From the NCBI GenBank assembly GCA_951406725.2, contig OX597817.1:12028001-12092000 (forward strand): 64,000 nucleotides of DNA. The letters are read 5' to 3'. A program made the translations under genes and the position numbers. Within the stretch, counting starts at the first letter, position 1. Each line of letters starts with the position of its first letter. Shown here piece after piece: positions 41,914 to 54,121 of the stretch. The notes under the pieces are model-generated. The model did no database searches. It was not told where the DNA came from and saw only the letters and a list, made by a program, of their open reading frames with translations. This DNA comes from Octopus vulgaris. Its lineage: Eukaryota.

Positions 41914-42310
41914 CTAGCAGTATCGCCTGGCGTTGCTCGGGTTTGTAATGGAAATAACTATATAAGCATTTTTAGAGAGTTATAGCCAAAAAATAGCATA
42001 AAAATGCATTAAAAATGGAAAAAAATTATGGTAAATTTTTTTAAAAATCGATGACTCATCGTAGACATTTTTAGAGAGTTACTTCCCTTATATAATAGCG
42101 AAAAATGCATTAAAATGGAAAAAAATTATGGTAATTTTTTTTTTAAATTCGTAGACTCATCGAAGACGCGCGCTAATACCCAGAAGGGCTCGATATGAAT
42201 CACGACTATAAGATACCCGGTTTTGGTTAAACTGCACCTCAAAATGTGGGAGTAGTTAGGAATCTAAATCGTAGGAGACAGACACACAACTTGACTTTTA
42301 TATATAAAGA
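41914..42310 (-). mobile_element. Non-autonomous Helitron
   Basis: Reverse complement of 4465-4864; TC...CTAG ends, A|T site. Confidence 0.9.
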
Positions 42311-42681
42311 TGTAGCTTTAGCACATTTAAATTTCGATCTCCCTTTTAATATCATTACTACGATTTTCATTAGGCCACCAGTTTGATGGTTGTCATTCTT
42401 GGCGAAGGTTTTCACACGGACCATATAAAAGAGATCGTTCAATTTATTGTTTTGTTTCACATTCATTCTTAAAGTTGACTGATTTTGATGTTAGTAACTC
42501 TTCGTTGTGAGTGTTTTCCAATTTTTAATGCTGTCTTTTATGAAATTTGTTGAGATAGGGTAGATTTTATAGATTTCAGGATTCTTCCTTATCCTGGTAT
42601 TTGGTACATTGTCAAAGGCAAAAGACATTGGTCACCAACCCAAATTTTTATAGATTTTCTCTTTTATCTCTTTCTCTCTTT

Positions 42682-42882
42682 CTCTTTTACTTGTTTCAGT
42701 CATTTGACTGCGGCCATGCTGGAGCACCGCCTTTAGTCGAGCAAATCAATCCCGGGACTTATTCTTTGTAAGCCCAGTACTTATTCTATCGGTCTCTTTT
42801 GCCGAACCGCTCAGTGACGGGGACGTAAACACACCAGCATCGGTCGGCAAGCAATGCTAGGGGGACAAACACAGACACACAA

Positions 42883-42921
<39 letters not shown>

Positions 42922-43091
42922 CATATATATATGACAGGCTTCTTTCAGTTTCCGTCTACCAAATCCACTCACAAGGCATTGGTCGGCCCGGGGCTATAGC
43001 AGAAGACACTTGCCCAAGATGCCACGCAGTGGGACTGAACCCGGAACCATGTGGTTGGTTAGCAAGCTACTTACCACAGCCACTCCTGCGC
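42682..43091 (-). mobile_element. SINE family A
   Basis: Reverse complement of the 11726 element. Confidence 0.9.
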
Positions 43092-43269
43092 TTATAAAGG
43101 TTATTTTTCTTGATTAGATTTTTTTTTTTCGAATGTGACTTTATTTGTGAATTTAAGCAAAATGCAATTGAGAGGAAATATTGAAGACTAAGGATTAGAT
43201 AGAACTTCGGCACTCCCCGCCCCTGTTCTTAATAATAATGGCTCCTGATTTACCTAGTTCTGTGCAAAT

Positions 43270-43620
43270 CTTTTACCCAGGGCTTCCATTTCTACATCCT
43301 TTATGCTCTGCTGGAATCTACTAATTGGTTATTAAAAAAGCATAGCTCCTCCCAATGATAAGAGAGCTACAGATCTTATACATCGTTGATAGGCGGTTAA
43401 TGGGTCTGTAGTCTTGTAAGGTGTTGTGCCTTTTTATCGTATAGAGAAAGTAACTTATGACTTGTGTAAAACTTGGCCGGCCGGACAAGCATTTGGGAAT
43501 TTTTACGGTATTATTGTACACATTCAGTTTTGGTAGATACTGGACAGATTTTTTCAACCAGAAATTTGCAATCCCATGGAACCCTGGTAGTCTTCAAGCT
43601 GCTTGTTTTACAGATACCTT
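43270..43620 (-). pseudogene. R4/Dong-clade reverse transcriptase fragment
   Basis: Minus-strand PGFHGIANFWLKK, DYRPINRLSTMYKI and IPAEHKGCRNGS motifs in order. Confidence 0.75.
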
Positions 43621-44261
43621 TATGGTCTAAGTGATGTTGATACCTGACCATTTCGGACAATCAAGCAACATTTTCCCCAACTGTTTTAGGAGTAGAGGTG
43701 AACCAAAGTCGGAATTTAATGCAAATAACGACAGCTGAGACTCAGCCAGAAGTGAGTGGCTTCGCGAGGGGCAGATCACCTGGTCAGTATTTTTTTTTTT
43801 ATGAATTTTAAGGTTACATAGGTTCAATGCTATCGACTAATTCATTCTCCTCAAAGTTCTAAATTAGAAACCACTAAATGTGGTGAACCGGCAAAATCTT
43901 AGAGCATCGAAAATAAATACCTTGTGGTATTTATTCTGGGTCTTTACATTTTGAGATTAAAACCCACCAAGGTCAGTTTTGCCTTTCATGCCTCCATGTT
44001 CGATAAAATAACCTATCAGCTAATTATTGAGAGCAACCTCACAATTACTGGTCTTGTTCCTAAATCAGGGGCCATTATTATTAAGAACAGGGTCGTGGAG
44101 TGCCGAAGTTCAATCTAATCCTTAGACTTCAATATTTCCTCTCAGTTGCATTTTGTTTGAATTATTGCTTGATTATCGTACATTATATACCTAGTTCTGT
44201 GCAAATATGTATATATACATATGTATGCATGTGTGTGCGTGTATGTGTGTGCGTATATATA

Positions 44262-44468
44262 TGTGACCGCTTGTGTATCGTTGGCGATTTTCTTTCTCCG
44301 TCTTCCCTTCCTTGGACCTTTCCTCTTTCTATGTTTCTGACGAAGAGGTTCGTTCGAAACGTTAAATCCTCCTTCATTCTTTCCTTTTCTGAGCGTCCAA
44401 TAACACTATACTTGTTCCACGTCTTCGCGTTGTTGTGTTTTCTCTTTGTTCATGTTTGGATTAACTAC
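44262..44468 (+). mobile_element. Family H1 hammerhead-bearing repeat
   Basis: GTTT-CTGACGA-A-GAGGTTCGTTC-GAAAC-GTT-AAAT at 44333-44367; TA-rich flanks. Confidence 0.8.
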
Positions 44469-44493
44469 ATATATATATGGGTGTGAGTGTGTA

Positions 44494-44541
<48 letters not shown>

Positions 44542-45380
44542 AACACACAAAAATATATGTATGTCTGTATACATATGTATATGTACTTTTAAAAATCTTA
44601 AATACCTCCTTCCATTCATTGTGTAGCTTCATTCACACACTCCCTTTCGTATTTGTAAACTTTTTTCACACTCCACTTTTTTCTTTTTTTTTTGTAAGTC
44701 CTCGTTAAAAATTTTCATGTTTTTGTATCTTTTCGAACCTTTGTAGCTAACAAAGAAAGGATCTTCTTTATCATCATCATCATCATCATCATCATCATCG
44801 TCGTCGTCGTTGTCGTCGTCGTCAGATTTTCCATTGCACTATGTTGTTACATAACTGGCTTTTGTAACGCATACTTTAAATCTGGCAATCTCATAGAAAT
44901 ATCACTGTAGCAATTGTGCATCACAGGCTGCACTGACTTTACAGTATTGAATTACGAAGTGCAATTACCTTATATTCTTTATACACACTGAATTTAAATC
45001 TTTTTCAAAGCTGTTATATTATTTCTTACCGACGCGCGAAAATTCTCTCTCTTTTCTCTCTCTCTCTTTCTCTCTCTCTCTCTTTCTTTCTCTCTCTCTC
45101 TCTCTCTCTTTCTTTTCATGCACAGATTGACTTTCCTTAGATAATTTACCTATACCTATGATGAGAAACGAGTTGAATTGGAACCGGTTCGGAAACTTGA
45201 AAACTCGTCAGATCTGTGTGAAGTGTGATATTAAATATCTTATTTCATTGAACACAAATCTATTTCATTTATTTATTTATTCAGTGCAGCAGAGAAGGAA
45301 AGACGTGCAGTATGTTACTGAAATTTGATGTGCTGAATCCACCAAATATGTATATGTGTGTATGTGTGTGAGTGTGTATG

Positions 45381-45439
<59 letters not shown>

Positions 45440-45444
45440 TAATA

Positions 45445-45481
<37 letters not shown>

Positions 45482-45496
45482 GACAGAGAGACAGAC

Positions 45497-45563
<67 letters not shown>

Positions 45564-45599
45564 TAGACATATATATATATATGCATGTATGTATGTATG

Positions 45600-45650
<51 letters not shown>

Positions 45651-45720
45651 ATGCATATATATATATATATAAGTATATAAGTATATGTATATACATGTTA
45701 TATACATGTCGTATATATAT

Positions 45721-46113
45721 TCTTTTACTCTTTTACTTCTTTCAGTCATTTGACTGCGGCCATGCTGGACCACCGCCTTTAGTCGAACAATTCAGGCCCA
45801 TGACTTATTCTTTGTAAGCCTAGTACTTATTCTATCGGTGTCTTTTGCCCAACCGCTAAGTTACGAGGACGTAAACACACCAACATCGGTTGTCAAGGGA
45901 TGGTGGAGGACGAACACAGACACACAAATACATACATGTATGTATATACGACGGGCTTTTTTCAGTTTCCGTCTGCCAAATCCACTCACAGGGTTTTAGT
46001 CGGCCCGGGGTTATAGTCGAAGACAAAATTGCCCAAGATACCACACAGTATGGCTGAACCCGGAACCATGTGGTTGGGAAGCAAGCTTCTTGTCACACAG
46101 CCACTCTTGCACC
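45721..46113 (-). mobile_element. SINE family A, diverged
   Basis: Reverse-complement match to the 11726 element. Confidence 0.85.
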
Positions 46114-46199
46114 TAGAGAGAGGGGGGGAAGAGAGGTAGGGAGGGAGGGGAACAAAGAGAGAGGGTAATTTGTTCAAGAAACGAATATTCGATGCTAAA

Positions 46200-47852
46200 G
46201 TCTCTAGGGCTATCTCTCCAACCTCTCATATTAGCAAATGGTCAGAAGGAAACTAATCCCGTTCCTTGAAGATAATGATTTACTAACACCCAACGTGCTT
46301 TCGACCAAGAAGTTGTCTGACACTGCTCTTAACAACATATTTACTGGGTGTTTAAGTAATTACTTAAATGTGTATGTGATATATCTCGACTTTGCGAAAA
46401 CCTTCGATAAAGTCAATCGTTGATTATGGCACGAACTACTTCATCTCAGAGAAGTTGGAAAGTGAAGGAATGGCTATATGGTTTTTTAAACGATAGAGGT
46501 CAAGCAGTAGTAGTCAACGGAGCCACAATCCAACGAAACGCTAATAGTGAGTGGTGTCCCGCAGAACACTCCCTCAGGCCCTCTGCTGTTCATAGTGGCT
46601 TTCTCTGACATGCCCACAGTCACATTGACAGCCAATCTTACAAGTTACGCAGATTCATGGAAACATCACGCACCTGCAACAACAGTCAGGTGCAATACGC
46701 TAGCGGATTGAGGAGAACAACATACAGTCTAAGGCTGAAAACTTTTAAACCTTACTCCATCTGCAGATGAATGTAATGCAGAGAAAACACACTGGACCAG
46801 GAGGAACTGGAGTCCCGGAACATGAATAACGATGTACCTTCCCATATGCATATTACTAAGATGTTAATAAAGTGCAGAGTGGAGGCGCAATGGCCCAGTG
46901 GTTAGGGCAGCGGACTCGCGGTCGTAGGATCACGATTTCGATTCCCAGACAGGGCGTTGTGAGTGTTTATTGAGCGAAAACACCTAAAGCTCCACGAGGC
47001 TCCGGCAGGGGGTGGTGGTGATCCCTGCTGTACTCTTTCACCACAAATTTCTCTCACTCTTACTTCCTGTTTCTGTTGTACCTGTATTTCAAAGGGCCGG
47101 CCTTGTCACTCTCTGTGTCACGCTGAATATCCCCGAGAACTACGTTAAGGGTGCACGTGTCTGTGGAGTGCTCAGCCACTTACACGTTAATTTCACGAGC
47201 AGGCTGTTCCGTTGATCGGATCAATCGGAACCCTCGTCGTCGTAACCGACGGAGTGCTTCCAATCCAAATGAAGTGCAGGCAGCTAGCCCGATGGATTTT
47301 CTAGAAACCATGATAGTGTTCTAGAGGACATTTTTCTCAGCCGTTGTGACTACTGCTTCCAAATGTAGTCAACATACAGTGTAAAATTAATGGAGGAACC
47401 CGAAGCGATCCGACGAAGCTACACAAAGAAGATTGTTTCAAAACTACTGGAAAAGATTCAAGACGTTAAGAATCTGCTCTCTAGAGAGAAGGCAGGAAAG
47501 ATATACCATAATGTATATCTAGAAGGACTTGGCCCACACTAGCGTTAAAAGATATACAAATGCCAAACCAGGGCATCATTGCATAGCCAGAGATCCTACG
47601 CTTGTCATCAAAATACATGACCATGCACTGTCATAGCTTGGGATTCAAGGGTTCACAGCTCTTCAATAACCCAAGAAAAACTTTGAGAGACCTACATGGG
47701 CTGGTTGTTGATGTTTTAAAATAGGACCGGGTCGCCGACTGTCAAGAGACCTGAATGAACCAACCCCACAACAAGAAAGGCAAATAAACCCAGTAACAGC
47801 AACAGTAGTGTCTCCAGCACGGCCACAGCTCTCGAGCTGAAACCGGTAAGAG
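46200..47852 (+). pseudogene. Old CR1-group LINE relic (RT to 3' end), interrupted by a SINE
   Basis: RAISPTSHI, VIYLDFAKTFDKV, WLYGFLNDRGQAVVVNG, SGVPQ..GPLLF, YAD, YW.R...SLERRQERY; many frameshifts. Confidence 0.85.
46881..47267 (+). mobile_element. tRNA-derived SINE (family D, tail type 2)
   Basis: Head shared with 928 copy; TSD AAT(A/G)AAGTGCAG at 46866-46877 and 47268-47279. Confidence 0.9.
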
Positions 47853-48785
47853 TTACACACGTATGCAATGTATGTATGTATGTATGCATGCATTATGTGT
47901 GTACGTATCTATGTGTGTATGTGTGTGTCTGTGTGTAGTAAGGGCTAGAGGAATATATTTTAAGGAGACCGTATGTTACAGCCGGCTGTCTTTCTTGTCA
48001 CTAACTTCTACCTATTTTTCAAATAACCAAAAATAAGCAACAAGAATGGATCCGGTAATTTAGTACAATTGTTTCATACTATAACAATTTATTAAAGCTG
48101 CAAATATTACTGCAGATATAATATGTCACGTAATCTTCAGCTAATTTCGTATAGGTTTTCCAACAATGTAAAGTTCTCAAATCAATTAGTAACATCCTAG
48201 AGAAGGTAAATATACCGATAAAGCTGTAGATATGAATTTCAGGAACATGAAGAAGGATGCCAAGCAGACCAAGATTAAGTTCACAGCTAATCCCATACAT
48301 TGTGTATTTTTCAAATAAGATTTATATCTAAAAAGGACGGTAAGTACTCTAAACGGGAGTAGAATCACATGTAACATTCTCGTGTACACTCGGACGTAGG
48401 AAAGCATTTCGCTCCGGAAATAATTTCAGGGGAAAATCCTCCCCATTTGTGAGTATGCGTGTGTAAGCATGCTTGTGTGTATGCATGTATTTTTAAATAA
48501 TGCAATATGCTGAGTATAAGAGCATTATTTCTTGTTTACATCATATCTTCCCATTTTTCCTTTAGTCATGCAAACTAAAATAGATTTCAGAATCTTCAAT
48601 CATTATTTGCGAGAATAAAAGCTTGTTTAAAAGATTCCAGATGGTTTTTGCATAATTTAAAGAAAATTTCATACAAGAGCCACGATGAGAATTATCATAC
48701 AGTGACTTCCAGAATTCACTATAAACACAGATATATATGCATATATATATATGTGTGTGTGTGTGTGTGGGTGGGTGTATACATG

Positions 48786-48819
<34 letters not shown>

Positions 48820-49409
48820 TGTATGTATGTATGTATGTATGTATAAAGTGTTTGAAGTGGTGTACAGATATTGTATATTGAGACAAAAGGGGCAGTCAGA
48901 ATTTTGAATAATAGTGCTTTCGTTCGTTTTCCGAACTGAAGACAAAATCAAAATCAAAATGGTTAAAACAGAACGCTTCGTTGTTCGTTTATATGAATCA
49001 GTTTTTATGCTTTGTTGTTGGGAAGAGGAGGATATTGTTTTTTCTTTTGTTTTGTTTTTTGCTTTTGGAAAAATGGAGAGAGAAAGAAAAGCAAAGAGGT
49101 GGGGGGGAGACAGAAAGGTTTCAGGAAAATCAAGGAAGTGGAGAAAGAATAATAATAAAGCATGGGGAAAGGATAAGACAGATAGAGAGAGAGGGGTTTC
49201 TTTTCAATTTGATGCAGTCAATTCATTGAAATTTCATTACAAAGTATTTTTCTGTTTTTCTTTCTCCTTTCTATTTTCTTTCTATTGTATACCTATTAAT
49301 ATATTTGTAAATAAACACATTTTCTTAAAAGGGCTGGTGACCTTTCAAAGATGTCAATGTTAAGAAGTAGGATGGAAGAATAAGAAAAGTGGGGAGGGTG
49401 CAGTTATCA

Positions 49410-49700
49410 AATATTTGTAGGTCCTCATTTGATTTGTCCCAAAAGATGACGCAGTCATCGAGGAAGCGTTTCCCCATTTTAATGATGTATTTTTCTAATC
49501 CTGATTAAAAGCTCTCTCTACTTCCTCATAAAGATTTTCTTCCAAGTGTGCCCTGACTATGTTAGCATATGAGGGTTCAAACCGCGTCCCTATTGTCGTG
49601 CCCATTAATTTTCGATATGTTTTATCATCGAATCTAAAGGTGTTTTCTCCTAGTGCTAGGCGTATGGCCTTGGTGATGAAGTCAGATTTGAAGTGTTTAT
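49410..49700 (-). pseudogene. Penelope-like element reverse transcriptase fragment
   Basis: LGENTFRFDDKTYRKLMGTTIGTRFEPSYANI..LE followed by RFLDDCVIFW, matching the PLE RT QxxGxAMG..P.YAN and YxDD regions. Confidence 0.8.
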
Positions 49701-49755
49701 TTATCCGTCCACACACACACACACTCTCTCTCTCTTTTTCTCTCTCTCTCTCTCT

Positions 49756-49808
<53 letters not shown>

Positions 49809-50559
49809 TGTAGAAAAGTTCTCAATGCTTATTGTAGCAAGTATTTCTTGTGCGCACCTGGCACAAGCCTGTGCCATTACTCAGTGTTTCACTTGTTTCG
49901 CGATTTTTGAGGTGATATCATATTGGTTAAAATGAATATTTTCATGATGCAGCGACAACGAAGTTATCTCATTTGTGAACTTGTGTCATGTTTTTGGTGC
50001 ATAGTATAGGTTTTTGATAGAAATTTTATGTTGTAGAGAAGACAACTCTCGAATTATATACCGTACTGATATGTTTTCCAGGGAAGCTTACTTTAAGACA
50101 ATTTTAGTTCTGTTAAAAGCGAAGAGAGTAAATCTTCTCACTTTATTGAAATTTGTTTTGGGATTTATTTGGTTTTAAACTTGGAAGTATTACATACAGG
50201 GATATATTTTAAGTGTAAGAAACTAAATTTTCTCTTGTGTTGCTAACGTCACACGCAAGACGTCAGTAGTTATCATTTAAGAACACCAGGATGAATGAGG
50301 GTAATACCAAAAATCCATCTACTTGTACCGAATTTGAAACTAAAATCAATAAGCCAAGGTGACTATAGAAATTTTCACAAGATGGTCTGTGTCATACTTT
50401 TATCTCACAGTAAAAAAAAAGGTATTCTTGATTAATAATGATTCCCAGCAGAATCTCGGACACTCTTCAGACCTGCATTTATGTCGCATTTGTTTGCTTC
50501 CAAACACATCTTTCTTGCTCAAAACTATCGAAAGTGTAATTTTTAATATCAAAGTCTAT

Positions 50560-51100
50560 TGCCTTTCAAATTGCTTGTGGAAGATATGGCCAAGATAATC
50601 AGCGAATTCTGGAAAAAAGTATTCTTTGATAACCATTGAAAACAAAGTAGCTTCGTAAAGTAGTTACTGAGAACTGTGTTAACAGAGTTTGGAAGAAACC
50701 ATAACCACAAGTATGAAATGACTTATTGGAATTTTACAAGCAACAGGGACAGTAGTAATCAATGAAATCATTGAGTTGGTTAACGAAGGGTGAATGCAAA
50801 ATGGCGATACAGAAGATAAGGATAAATTAATGGACTTCCACAGCAAGAGTTTATTTATTAAAGAGCTGCAGGAGTTATCATAGCAGCTCATCCAAAACGA
50901 GCCTGAAGATTGTAGAGCCAGGAACATTGGAAAGACTTATAGAATTCTTCAGTTACAGTATCACCAATCTTAAGAAAATCATGGTTTACTTTATAGAAAA
51001 TGGCTTTGATCAGGAGTCCAGTAGAAAGGCAAAAAGAAGTGTTTTATTCACGAAAGGCCTCACAAGAAAATGTTCAAGAAACTGCAGGCGGTATTGGGGC
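50560..51100 (+). pseudogene. Possible pogo/Tigger transposase C-terminal relic
   Basis: CLWKIWP, an acidic DKLMDFHSKSLFIKELQE segment and FIENGFDQESSRKAKRSV resemble Tigger C-termini; heavily decayed, no TIRs found. Confidence 0.35.
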
Positions 51101-51635
51101 GTTTCTTCGAAAAGCAACCAATATGAGAGGAAGAGCTGCAATTTGGCTCTTCATCCCAGATATAGCATCTTCTGTACTACTTCACACTGTTGCCTTTAAA
51201 CTGCATTAATTGTGAGAAGGCAAATATACTCCAGTTTGAAGTTAATTAATTTAATCTCTTTAATTATTTTTATAGTAAAAATTAGATCTGAATAAATTAA
51301 TTTTCTAAATTCACCATAACTCTATATTACAATGCGTAAAGTTATCAAAAGTACTATGTGTTCGCAGGGTGTGGCACTGAATCTGCTTGATTGTTCAATC
51401 ATTTAGCGATGTTTATCACGTTCATTTTGTTAATTTGTTACTAAAAATATTCTGTAAAGATCATATCTCTATTTATTCCACATTATAATGACTCCGATTA
51501 GTAGTATTTTGGTTAGCACTGCACTTTATTAGGAAGCTATCAGGTTATATATATACATATACACACACACCTATATATACATACATACATATACATATAC
51601 ATATATATATATATATATACGTACATACATTCATG

Positions 51636-51667
<32 letters not shown>

Positions 51668-51939
51668 TATATATGAATATATATCTAAATATTTTTATAT
51701 ATGTAAGTATATATGTATGTATGCATGTATATATATATATATACGTGTGTGTGTGTGTAGAACAAGTGGAAAGATATATTTTTCATCACGTAAATACTGA
51801 TAGAACAGCATATATATGTTTATTTACATATGACGTAATCTATATGACATCAAGCGTTTCTGGATGACTTTATAACTTCTAAAATAGAAGAAGAGTTTGT
51901 CGGTGGGCAGTTTAGCTTAAAGGTAGATCATATATATAT

Positions 51940-54040
51940 ATCAACCAATTAAAATCAACCAATTAAAATATTCCCACACGCAACATCCACATTCAACAAC
52001 AATGAAAAGACTAGAGCTGGAAAAACTTCATCTGCAGACTAACATGAAAACCTCCATTGAAAATCAAAGAGCTGTGGAGGAACAATGGGTAATCAAAAAC
52101 ATCAAACAGAACCCAAAAGTGTTCTATTCTTATGCAAATAAGCATAGAACCACTGTCTCACCTATTGGGCCATTGATTGATGAAAACGGCATTCCCCAAC
52201 ACGATGCTAAAGAAATGGCAGAAATACTGCAGAAACAATATTGCTCTGTCTTCAGTGTTCCCACTGATATTGATGTGAGGGAAACGAACGAAGCTGACTC
52301 CCAACACAAAATCGCAGACATAACCTTCACTGCCACCGACATCGTAGCAGCAATAAATGAGGTCAAACATTACTCCGCTGTAGGCCCTGATAGATTTCCC
52401 GCCAGTCTCCTGAAGGAATGTAGATATCAACTTGCAGTCCCTCTGACCAACCTCTGGAGAAACTCGTTAGACGCAGGTTATATACCGAAAAAGTTTCTAT
52501 CCCAGTCGGTCATCCCGGTTTTCAAACAGGGAAACAGATCCCTCGCAGTCAACTATCGCCCAATCTCACTCACCTCCCACATCATTAAAGTGTTTGAAAG
52601 AGTGTTAAGATCAAGGATAGCTGACTTCCTGGAGACCCACAAACTCCTAAATTCAAATCAACATGGCTTTCGCTGTGGCAGGGACTGTCTAACACAGCTC
52701 TTACACCACATTGAAGATGTACTCAAAGCCTTGGGAACAGGTTCGAACTCTGACGTCATATACCTTGACTTCAGTAAAGCGTTCGACAGGGTAGACCATA
52801 ACATCCTACTCTCAAAATTGGCAAATGTTGGAATCCGTGGAAAAGTTCTACACTGGATTCAGTATTTCCTAGCGAATAGAACACAACATGTTGTAGTTGA
52901 TGGAGTCCACTCAAACCCAGCAAAAGTCACCAGCGGTGTTCCCCAGGGAACTGTTTTGGGTCCGCTACTCTTCATAATTTATGTAAACGACCTTTCCAGT
53001 GTCGTACATCACTGCAAAGTGAAAATATTCGCTGATGACACTAAGCTCCAGCAAATCGTCAATGAAGAAGCAGACCGAACTCAACTCCAGTCTGACCTAT
53101 ATGCTGTGAGTCAATGGGCAGACAGAAACAAAATGCAACTGAATGAGGGAAAATTTGAGCTGATGCATTTTGGAAGAAATTCCTCACTAAAACAACCATA
53201 CTCTCTTCCTTCAGGGGAACCGCTCACAGCCTCTAACAATATCAGAGACCTGGGTGTAATTGTTGATGACGATCTCAGTTGGAGTGCACACATCAACAAG
53301 AAGGTCGATACAGCTCGTAGGATGAGTTCCTGGATCTTAAGAACTTTCCGGTCCAGAGAACAAGGTGTCATCATACCACTTTTTTCATCCTTTGTACGGC
53401 CACACCTTGAATACTGCTGCCCACTGTGGTCTCCTCACACAAGACAAAACATCTCCAGAATTGAGTCACCCCAGAGGGCTCTCACTAAACAAATTGAAGG
53501 CATGGCTGCTCTCGACTATTGGGATCGCCTTAAAGCCTTGAAACTTTACTCCCTCCAGCGTCGCCGTGAGCGGTACATCATTTGTACGATGTGGAAAATA
53601 TACCGCCAACTTTGCCCAAACGACCTAAACATTAGCTTCAAGGTTCATCCGAGACTTGGACCACGGGCTATACGTCCCCTGCCAAATTCAAGATCACAAC
53701 ATACATGTACACTGCAACATAATTTCTTTTCCTCAACAGGCCCTGCCCTATTTAACATTGTCCCGAGGGAGATCAAAGAGGAAAAGGATCCCATCAACTT
53801 CAAACAGAGTCTGGATAGATTCCTTCAAAGAATACCAGACAAGCCACCCATAATTGGATACAACTCACCCAACAAGAACTCACTACTTGAACAAAACTGG
53901 ATACAACTCACCCAACAAGAACTCACTACTTGAACAAAACTTGACTTAAACAGGATTCGAATAATCCTATCAGGTGGTGCTATTAAGTTAGACATGGCCT
54001 GGACCAATCTCTGGTCGAAACATATCTAAGTTTTATCTAA

Positions 54041-54045
<5 letters not shown>
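51940..54045 (+). mobile_element. Young 5'-truncated CR1-group LINE inserted in (TA)n
   Basis: Uninterrupted RT ORF, short 3' UTR ending (TATCTAAGTTT)2, TA tracts on both sides, second copy at 13216. Confidence 0.95.
52002..53933 (+). CDS. Non-LTR retrotransposon ORF2 reverse transcriptase (endonuclease domain lost by truncation)
   Basis: 643 aa; NYRPISLTS, QHGFR, YLDFSKAFDRVDH, SGVPQGTVLGPLLF, FADD, DLGV, VRPHLEYC; frame stays open upstream to the junction, so the ATG is probably internal. Confidence 0.93.
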   Translation: MKRLELEKLHLQTNMKTSIENQRAVEEQWVIKNIKQNPKVFYSYANKHRTTVSPIGPLIDENGIPQHDAKEMAEILQKQYCSVFSVPTDIDVRETNEADSQHKIADITFTATDIVAAINEVKHYSAVGPDRFPASLLKECRYQLAVPLTNLWRNSLDAGYIPKKFLSQSVIPVFKQGNRSLAVNYRPISLTSHIIKVFERVLRSRIADFLETHKLLNSNQHGFRCGRDCLTQLLHHIEDVLKALGTGSNSDVIYLDFSKAFDRVDHNILLSKLANVGIRGKVLHWIQYFLANRTQHVVVDGVHSNPAKVTSGVPQGTVLGPLLFIIYVNDLSSVVHHCKVKIFADDTKLQQIVNEEADRTQLQSDLYAVSQWADRNKMQLNEGKFELMHFGRNSSLKQPYSLPSGEPLTASNNIRDLGVIVDDDLSWSAHINKKVDTARRMSSWILRTFRSREQGVIIPLFSSFVRPHLEYCCPLWSPHTRQNISRIESPQRALTKQIEGMAALDYWDRLKALKLYSLQRRRERYIICTMWKIYRQLCPNDLNISFKVHPRLGPRAIRPLPNSRSQHTCTLQHNFFSSTGPALFNIVPREIKEEKDPINFKQSLDRFLQRIPDKPPIIGYNSPNKNSLLEQNWIQLTQQELTT

Positions 54046-54118
<73 letters not shown>

Positions 54119-54121
<3 letters not shown>

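Noticed and set aside
52130-54007. Antisense and alternate-frame ORFs overlapping the RT
   Set aside because: Short shadow ORFs with no recognisable motifs.
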